Origin: Myxococcota bacterium
GTDB taxonomy: Bacteria; Myxococcota; UBA4151
Direction: 5' to 3'
NCBI GenBank assembly: GCA_040260805.1
Contig: JBDQPD010000108.1
Location: forward strand, 1 to 11,958
DNA: 11,958 nucleotides
Shown: positions 6,238-11,958 of the stretch, piece after piece
How positions within the stretch are numbered: position 1 is the stretch's first letter
How the letters are laid out: every line of letters begins with the position of its first letter
Translations under genes and position numbers: made by a program
The notes under the pieces: model-generated
What the model was told of the DNA's origin: nothing
Databases searched by the model: none
The model's input: only the letters and a program-made list of their open reading frames with translations

Positions 6238-8559
6238 ATGAAAGCAGTAAAGACTTGGTTGTGGGTATTGTGTGCCTGCATGGCAATCACCGGTTGTGGC
6301 GAAGATGAGCCAGTGCCAGGCACTGGCGTCGATATCTGTCCTGCGGTTGAGGGCGAGCAGCCTGAGGCGACTTGCGCCAGTCGCGTCGACGGTAAAACCG
6401 GCGGTGAAGACTGTCGCTGCGAATGCGATACCCAATGCGCAGCAGGTTATGTCTGCCAGCGCCATTTCTGCCTCCCTGCTGACTGCGAAGTCGACGAGGA
6501 TTGCGCTGACGGTTTGGTCTGCAACCCGGGAACGAACAGTTGTTCGGCGCCTGTGTGTACAGACAATGCTCAGTGCGGTGCCGGTCAGGCTTGCGTTGGT
6601 GGCAGCTGCATCGAGGCACCCGATCCAGGGAACGTCGCTCGATGTGAGATCATCGGACCGACGGTGAGCCGTCAAGGCGAGATCGTGACCCTCGAAGGCG
6701 CAGCCTACTCGAGCGGTGGCGCGGTCGTGAGCCAGATGAGCTACAGCTGGGCGGTGACGTCGGGCAACACCGCCGCTGCGGTTGACGAAGCAACCGGTGC
6801 GGTCACCGGTGGTAGCGTCGACGGCTCGTGGACGGTGACGGCAACGGTTCGCGATGCGAGCGGTCAGCCAGGTTCGGTCACCTGCGCCCATGAGGGCGCG
6901 AACTTCGCTGAAGTCGCTGAGACCAGCATGCGCGTGTTGGTCATGGACCAGCGTACAGCCCAACCGCTCGCCGGCGCCAAAGTGGTGTTGATGGCTGGTG
7001 GCGGTGAGACGGTCTCGGAGACGCTCCCGAGCGGTCAGGCGCTCTTTGGCGATGTCGACGGTGCCGTCGAGTCCGTAAGCGTCTTCTTTGATACCGATGA
7101 CCACGCCGCTGACTATGTCACCGTGGTCGCTCCAGAGAGCAACGACTTAGCGATTTACCTGTTCACGACTGAGAAGGGTAAGAAAGCTGGCGTCGAGGGC
7201 TCCTTTGACTTCAGCACGCTGCCTGATCGCCAGCTCAAGCTCGGCATCGCAGGTGCTTCGCTTGCGGGTAGCCTCGCCGACATCGATTTCATGATGTTGA
7301 TCGGCGATATGGTGCAAACGCAGGTCGATATCCCCGGTCTGCCGATCCCAGAAGAGGGCGTTCCGCTCCCTCAGGGTATCACCATGCAGTTCGGTCCTTC
7401 GGCGTTCAAAGAGCAGTTCCAAGCGCTGACCCACTCGGGCACTCGTACGGTCTGGGGCCTTGGCGGTTCGTTCCGCTTGGGTGCCATCACCGAATTGCTC
7501 CCGACGATCGCACCGCTGCTTGAGGATTCCTCGGCTGGTTTGCCGCTGGGGCAGTTGCTCGGCGCCATCATGCCGCTCTTCTCGCAGATGAGCCACGCCG
7601 CCAAGGTGGGCATCAAGGTCAACTCCGTGACCTGCTCAGCAGGGACGCTGCCCAATGGGGCAGAGGTCGACTGCGTTGAGGCGTTTGGTGGGCATTTTGA
7701 TACGCATTCGCTGAGTTTCAGCTCGGGAATGGATCTCAAGACCTCCTTCGCCATGCCGACGCTTCCTGCAAAGGGCGACGGCTACTTGAGCGCAGTTCTG
7801 GGTCTGATCGGCGTAGACATGCCTGGTCAAGGCATGGTGCCGCTCGGTTTGGGTGTGGCAGTTGACGATCCGGACACCAGCGACGACGTGGCTGGCGATG
7901 GCCAGCTCAACGGCATGGACGGCGCTCCTGATGGTGCGCTGACGGTCGGGTATGCTCGCTCGCACAGTGGCTTAGACGGACAGGGCGTTCTCGGCTTGTT
8001 CTTGTCGCTCGACATCGACGGCTTGCTCGGCGGTGAAGGTTCGGACACGGCGCTGTCGGGGATCGTGGTGCAGAAGGACAACTTCTCGCAGTGCGCCAAC
8101 CCTGCCAGCTGCGCTCAAGAGGCGACTCGTAGCTCGTTCCTAGCGCTCCCCTCAGGGGCAGCTTGGAACAGCCTGACACGGACGTTCTCGGCGGCAACGC
8201 CCGACGCCGATGCGGACTTCTACCGCTTCGGTCTCGAAGGCGCTGGCGGCAAGTGGACCTTCTATCATGCTCCAGGTGCTACGTTCACCGTGCCTGCGGC
8301 TCCAGCCGGCATGGAAGATCGTGCTCAGAGCGCAACGGTTCAAGCCTTTGACCTGACCGATGGCAAGACGCTGAATGGTCTGATGACCTTCAACGGCTTG
8401 AACATGGACGGCTTCAACAGCGTGACCTCTGCGTTCTCGTCGATCGATTGCATCGGTGGGGGTGCCGGTTGCGCCTTGATTGAATGCGACGCAGACAATG
8501 CCTGCGGTGAAGGTTCGAGCTGCGTCGAAGGTGCTTGCGCCGAAGACGAAGCGCCCTAG
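6238..8559 (+). CDS. Large Cys-rich surface lipoprotein with Ig-like and carboxypeptidase-regulatory-like domains (773 aa)
   Basis: GGAGAG SD. Lipobox MAITG-C20. Three N-terminal and one C-terminal C-x2-D/N-x2-C-x2-G-x2-C..C repeats. Big_2-like segment YSWAVTSGNTAAAVDEATGAVTGG..VTATV. MRVLVMDQRTAQPLAGAKVVL. Followed by a terminator. Confidence 0.88.
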   Translation: MKAVKTWLWVLCACMAITGCGEDEPVPGTGVDICPAVEGEQPEATCASRVDGKTGGEDCRCECDTQCAAGYVCQRHFCLPADCEVDEDCADGLVCNPGTNSCSAPVCTDNAQCGAGQACVGGSCIEAPDPGNVARCEIIGPTVSRQGEIVTLEGAAYSSGGAVVSQMSYSWAVTSGNTAAAVDEATGAVTGGSVDGSWTVTATVRDASGQPGSVTCAHEGANFAEVAETSMRVLVMDQRTAQPLAGAKVVLMAGGGETVSETLPSGQALFGDVDGAVESVSVFFDTDDHAADYVTVVAPESNDLAIYLFTTEKGKKAGVEGSFDFSTLPDRQLKLGIAGASLAGSLADIDFMMLIGDMVQTQVDIPGLPIPEEGVPLPQGITMQFGPSAFKEQFQALTHSGTRTVWGLGGSFRLGAITELLPTIAPLLEDSSAGLPLGQLLGAIMPLFSQMSHAAKVGIKVNSVTCSAGTLPNGAEVDCVEAFGGHFDTHSLSFSSGMDLKTSFAMPTLPAKGDGYLSAVLGLIGVDMPGQGMVPLGLGVAVDDPDTSDDVAGDGQLNGMDGAPDGALTVGYARSHSGLDGQGVLGLFLSLDIDGLLGGEGSDTALSGIVVQKDNFSQCANPASCAQEATRSSFLALPSGAAWNSLTRTFSAATPDADADFYRFGLEGAGGKWTFYHAPGATFTVPAAPAGMEDRAQSATVQAFDLTDGKTLNGLMTFNGLNMDGFNSVTSAFSSIDCIGGGAGCALIECDADNACGEGSSCVEGACAEDEAP
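6418..6609 (+). repeat. Three tandem 4-Cys protein repeats (fourth copy at 8485-8538)
   Basis: CECDTQCAAGYVCQRHFC / CEVDEDCADGLVCNPGTNSC / CTDNAQCGAGQACVGGSC, and the C-terminal CDADNACGEGSSCVEGAC. Confidence 0.9.
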
Positions 8560-8581
8560 TTCTAAGCGAGCTAACGGCAAT

Positions 8582-8618
8582 GGGATCGGGACGCTTCGGC
8601 GTCCCGATTTCGTTTTTT
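8582..8618 (+). terminator. Intrinsic terminator with C(UUCG)G tetraloop
   Basis: ATCGGGACGC-TTCG-GCGTCCCGAT followed by TTCGTTTTTT, about 25 nt after stop 8559. Confidence 0.92.
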
Positions 8619-8684
8619 GGTGGAAGAAAGGCTCAAGGATTCCTTTTGTCGAACGTGGCAACTCGTGGTAGCCGGCACAGTACT

Positions 8685-9512
8685 ATGGTCGACCCTACTG
8701 AAAGCACAGTTATCACAGTCATATCAGGAGTGAGCCGTGGCTTGCTCGAGCAGGCTGATGCCTGCTTGGTGGTAACCTATGGCGCCGAGCTGGGCCGTCG
8801 TTACGTCCTCGACCGGCCGGAGATGGTGATTGGTCGGAGCCGCGGTTGCGATATTCTGCTTGAGCAAGACAGCACGTCGCGCCGGCATGCCGTGATCCGG
8901 TTTAGTGCGGGCCGTTACATGGTCCAAGATATGGGCAGCACCAACGGAACCTGCGTCAATGACGAGTCCGTCAGCGATGCCAGCTTGAGCGATGGCGATG
9001 AGCTTCGGCTCGGTCGTACGGTGATGCGTTTCTTAGCGGGTGAGGACCTTGAGAAGAAGTATCGAGAGTGCTTGGTGGCGATCGCTCATACCGATGGGCT
9101 AACCGGCGCGATGACCGAGCCAGCGTTCTTGGAGGCTTTGAGCGAGGAGGCAGCCCGTGCCCGTCGCTACCGTCGCTGGCTGGGGTTGGTGATGATCGAT
9201 CTGCGCGGTTGGGATAGCTATGCAGACCAAGCAGGGCGTATCTATTCGGATCTTAGGCTGCGTCGAATCGCACAGACCATCAGCGAGAAACTTCGGACCA
9301 GTGATGTTTTGGCGCGGACCGGGGAGTCGAGCTTTGCCATCTTACTGCCCGAGACCGATGAAGAGCAGATCGCCCAGTACGTCGGGCGGATGGCTGAGTT
9401 GATCGATGATGAGCTCGATGGGCTGTCGTTGAGGACCGGTCATCACGCAACCCATGCGGATGCCTGCATCGACAGTGACTTGCTTCAGCAGTCACAAAGC
9501 GGACTCACCTAA
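8685..9512 (+). CDS. FHA domain plus degenerate GGDEF domain protein (275 aa)
   Basis: FHA motifs IGRS, SRRHA and DMGSTNGT are intact. The GGDEF scaffold reads TDGLTG...LVMIDL...RTSDVLARTGESSFAILLP. The ORF-track start at 8535 overlaps the previous gene and terminator, so ATG 8685 is preferred. Confidence 0.88.
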   Translation: MVDPTESTVITVISGVSRGLLEQADACLVVTYGAELGRRYVLDRPEMVIGRSRGCDILLEQDSTSRRHAVIRFSAGRYMVQDMGSTNGTCVNDESVSDASLSDGDELRLGRTVMRFLAGEDLEKKYRECLVAIAHTDGLTGAMTEPAFLEALSEEAARARRYRRWLGLVMIDLRGWDSYADQAGRIYSDLRLRRIAQTISEKLRTSDVLARTGESSFAILLPETDEEQIAQYVGRMAELIDDELDGLSLRTGHHATHADACIDSDLLQQSQSGLT

Positions 9513-9521
9513 ACTGTATTT

Positions 9522-11096
9522 TTAGAACGGCGGCAGTGAGACGGTGAACATACCGTCACTGTTCACGACGGTTTCCCCAAGGACCACCGCTGCTCCATCA
9601 AACGTCTTCCATGGCGCCAGAACGCTGATCACCGCGTTGCCCTGGGTCTCTCGAGCTTCCGGACGCATCAGGCTCCCGGTGAGCATGATGCCATCGTCGA
9701 TCACGAGGTTAAGGCTTTGAGTCCCGATCAAGTTCATATCCACGAGCACTCGCGGTGATGGGGGCGCAGGGATCGCGCTGATGAAGGTCGCACCTTTTTG
9801 GACTTTAAGTGAGAAGGCGCCGGTCTCGTCGGTGAGCGTTTCACTGACCATCTCCGACTGATTGCAGACAATGCGGACGTTAATCGCGGGCGAACCGTCT
9901 GGGGTCACCACTCGTCCGGTCAGGTCAATCAATTGCGCTAGGGGCACGACTAAGGCGTTGGTTGATCCTTGTCTCACTTCAGTTTCGAGGTCCATAATCG
10001 GCGCAAAGCCCGTGCTGGGCTCGGGCAGGACATCGATCGAATAATGCCCCAAGGGCAGGTCCAACTGAGTCGAGGTTGCACCACTGAGCGCGATGCGATG
10101 AACGACTCGTCCTTGAGCAGCCAGCGGGCGGATACGGATTTCGCCCACCACCGGCATGGAGTTCAGCTCCATGGGGTTGGCGGTGGTGATGCTCAGTAGG
10201 CTGCTGCCCGATTCAAGCGGGATGCTCACATCGCCAAGTTCAGTTTGCTCAGGCGATAGCTCCAGCATCTCCGATAGAGCCGCGGGATGACGGGTTTGAG
10301 TTCCTCTGACCAGAAGCATCGCTTCCGTGATGTCAGGATGGGCTCGGAAGCTAAAGTTACCGTCGCCATCGATCACCAGGTGGTTGCCGATGTGGCGCCC
10401 TCGCGCATCGATGACTTTGAACTCGAGCCTGCTCGGCTCATTTCCGCTGGGGCTGGGCACCGTACCAAAGCTCTGCACCGCTTGGTCGTCACCGTCGGTC
10501 AGTCGCCCGGTGTAGACCGGATAATCCGGAGCGGGAGGGACTCGGATCTCCAGCTGCGTCGACTCAACGAGGTCACCGGTGATCTGTCGTAAGTTCTGGC
10601 GCGGAGGAGCGGGGATCTCGTCTCCACTCGGCATAATATCAATGCTCCAGACCGCTCCTTGTGTTAAACTCAAACGGAAGTTGCCCTCTTCATCGGTCGT
10701 CGTTTGCCTGAGCACCGGATGGCCTTCGACAGCTTCTTCAAGCCGAGCCACGATCGCCGCTTGGATCCCTTTGTTCTCAGAGGTCGCAAAGCTCCCAATC
10801 ACAATCCGCTCGTGGTTCAGCGCCGTATCGAACTGCGTGCTGTTGCTGAGGTCCACGTTGCGCAGATGTTGCACCTGATCACCAAGTCGCACCGCGATAG
10901 CGACCTCACGGAACTCCTGCATGACATCAGTACAGGTCCCAAATGAGCACCGATAATTCGCTGGGCATGGCGATGCGCTGTTGCACACCAAAGGCGCCTC
11001 AGCGCTTTCATCCATCCACGGCAAGCCGGCAAAGCTACCAAACTCGGAGCAGCTCGCTGTCAGCAGGACACAAGCGCTTAGAACAAGTCTACTCAT
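9522..11096 (-). CDS. Lipoprotein with a 4-Cys module and repeated carboxypeptidase-regulatory-like beta-sandwiches (524 aa)
   Basis: Lipobox LLTAS-C16. CNSASPCPANYRCSFGTC. Repeated T/I-D-x-x-G-x-F motifs (TTDEEGNFRL, IDGDGNFSF, TDETGAFSL, VNSDGMFTV) and LTGRVVTPDGSPA. ATGA overlap with the upstream gene. Confidence 0.85.
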   Translation of the reverse strand: MSRLVLSACVLLTASCSEFGSFAGLPWMDESAEAPLVCNSASPCPANYRCSFGTCTDVMQEFREVAIAVRLGDQVQHLRNVDLSNSTQFDTALNHERIVIGSFATSENKGIQAAIVARLEEAVEGHPVLRQTTTDEEGNFRLSLTQGAVWSIDIMPSGDEIPAPPRQNLRQITGDLVESTQLEIRVPPAPDYPVYTGRLTDGDDQAVQSFGTVPSPSGNEPSRLEFKVIDARGRHIGNHLVIDGDGNFSFRAHPDITEAMLLVRGTQTRHPAALSEMLELSPEQTELGDVSIPLESGSSLLSITTANPMELNSMPVVGEIRIRPLAAQGRVVHRIALSGATSTQLDLPLGHYSIDVLPEPSTGFAPIMDLETEVRQGSTNALVVPLAQLIDLTGRVVTPDGSPAINVRIVCNQSEMVSETLTDETGAFSLKVQKGATFISAIPAPPSPRVLVDMNLIGTQSLNLVIDDGIMLTGSLMRPEARETQGNAVISVLAPWKTFDGAAVVLGETVVNSDGMFTVSLPPF

Positions 11097-11698
11097 GGCG
11101 TTCCCGACCCATCAGGGCAGGGCGTGTCTTGCGTAAAACGAATCAGCCACCATGCGTGGTCAACCCGCGCCTCATCCGGGACGCGCCGATTCGGGGGGTC
11201 ACCCGGTTCAAAGTTGCGATCAGAGACCCAAGCCTCAAGCCGATGGTACCCATCAGGCGCAATCAGAATAGAGTTGGGAAACTGTCGGGGGCTTTGTGGC
11301 TCAAGGACGAAGCTTGGAGCCTCGCGAGCGGTGTCTGTCTGCTCGCTGCCCAAGAGGTTGTCTTGAACCACAAAGGGACGCGTCTCGGCGTCGTAATCAA
11401 TAAACCAACGAACGAAGATCCGATCCTGTAGATCCTGCTCTTCAATCACTCCGAGTTGGAACTGATGTTGGGCGCAGTTGGCGTTCAAGGTGACGATTCC
11501 TTCAGGTGGGCTGACCTGTCCGGGCACAATTGCGGGTGGGCGATTAACCACCGGAGGATCATCGGCGACGATGGGTCCGTCCACGCGAGCAAGACAGCTT
11601 GTCGTCATAAACAGCAGGCTCCACGCCAAGATGGATTTTGGAGCTAAGGCCCTTGAAAAGGCTAAGGTAGAGAACCTGTTGGTGGACAGCAAAATCAT
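11093..11698 (-). CDS. Putative lipoprotein, hypothetical (201 aa)
   Basis: ATGA overlaps at both ends. Hydrophobic stretch ending LLFMTTS-C, then NRPPAIV...DLQDRIFVRWFIDY...HRLEAWVSD, which suggests a single Ig/PKD-like sandwich. The start is uncertain because the signal peptide is long. Confidence 0.75.
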   Translation of the reverse strand: MILLSTNRFSTLAFSRALAPKSILAWSLLFMTTSCLARVDGPIVADDPPVVNRPPAIVPGQVSPPEGIVTLNANCAQHQFQLGVIEEQDLQDRIFVRWFIDYDAETRPFVVQDNLLGSEQTDTAREAPSFVLEPQSPRQFPNSILIAPDGYHRLEAWVSDRNFEPGDPPNRRVPDEARVDHAWWLIRFTQDTPCPDGSGTP

Positions 11699-11958
11699 GA
11701 CTGCTGCCCATTATTTAGGCGGTTTAGGTGGCGATAGATGGTGCGCGGGTCAATATCGAGCGCTTTGGCTGCCTCGCTGCGGTTGCCGCCGTTGCGCGCA
11801 ACGGTCTCTCGAATCAAGCGCGTTTTGTATTCCTCAACCGCCTCAGCGAGCGAGGAATGATTCCCCTCCAAATCGGCTAAGCCCAGATCGGATACGTCCA
11901 AGGTCTTGTCGCTGCGGTCCGCCATCAGGCAGGCGCGCCGGATCCGATTGCGCAGCTC
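11695..11958 (-). CDS. Sigma54-dependent transcriptional activator, C-terminal fragment (end of AAA+ domain plus Fis-type HTH); 5' end outside window
   Basis: The frame is open to the window edge and reads ELRNRIRRACLMAD (tail of the GNVRELxN motif), then SLAEAVEEYKTRLIRETVARNGGNRSEAAKALDIDPRTIYRHL. Confidence 0.92.
   Translation of the reverse strand, partial: ELRNRIRRACLMADRSDKTLDVSDLGLADLEGNHSSLAEAVEEYKTRLIRETVARNGGNRSEAAKALDIDPRTIYRHLNRLNNGQQS

Noticed and set aside
6238..8559. Assignment to TraA, CglB/CglD or another named myxobacterial surface protein
   Set aside because: No PA14-like domain, MYXO-CTERM or vWA MIDAS motif was recognised; Cys repeats alone are not diagnostic.
6214..8661. 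Long antisense ORFs (e.g. 6214-7104, 296 aa) and other overlapping short ORFs across the window
   Set aside because: They are shadows of GC-rich genes with biased codon use and have no recognisable motifs.
8535..8684. 50-aa N-terminal extension of the FHA-GGDEF ORF
   Set aside because: It overlaps the upstream gene's end and terminator.
8646..8687. Sigma54 -24/-12 site (TGGCAAC, CGGCAC) or sigma70 TTGTCG-N17-TAGCCG before the FHA gene
   Set aside because: Neither GG is followed by GC at the required 10-nt spacing, and the sigma70 match is too weak to call.
1..11958. CRISPR array, IS or prophage genes, defence system
   Set aside because: No spaced direct repeats or matching protein motifs were seen; intergenic spaces are short and accounted for.

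Overview
Bacterial chromosomal DNA of roughly 60% GC (by eye). The gene content (Cys-rich lipoproteins, FHA-GGDEF, sigma54 activator) suggests Myxococcota or a related deltaproteobacterial lineage, which is an inference. Left to right: a 5'-truncated PLP threonine/serine dehydratase whose start is replaced by a perfect 103-bp inverted copy of its own sequence (probably an amplification/assembly fold-back); a stand-alone E2 acyltransferase catalytic domain; tRNA-Val(GAC) with terminator; a minus-strand run of DciA/DUF721-like gene, basic hypothetical, lipoprotein and neutral-ceramidase-like lipoprotein carrying a ~200-aa His/Asp-rich insert; back-to-back promoters; a 773-aa Cys-rich/Ig-like lipoprotein with terminator; an FHA plus degenerate GGDEF protein; and a convergent, translationally coupled operon of a sigma54 activator (partial) and two lipoproteins. 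No mobile element or CRISPR was seen. The most notable signals are the ceramidase-like lipoprotein with its insert and coupled partner, the probably inactive FHA-GGDEF that keeps its I-site, and five lipoproteins in ~10 kb. All family calls come from motif recognition by eye; no searches were run.
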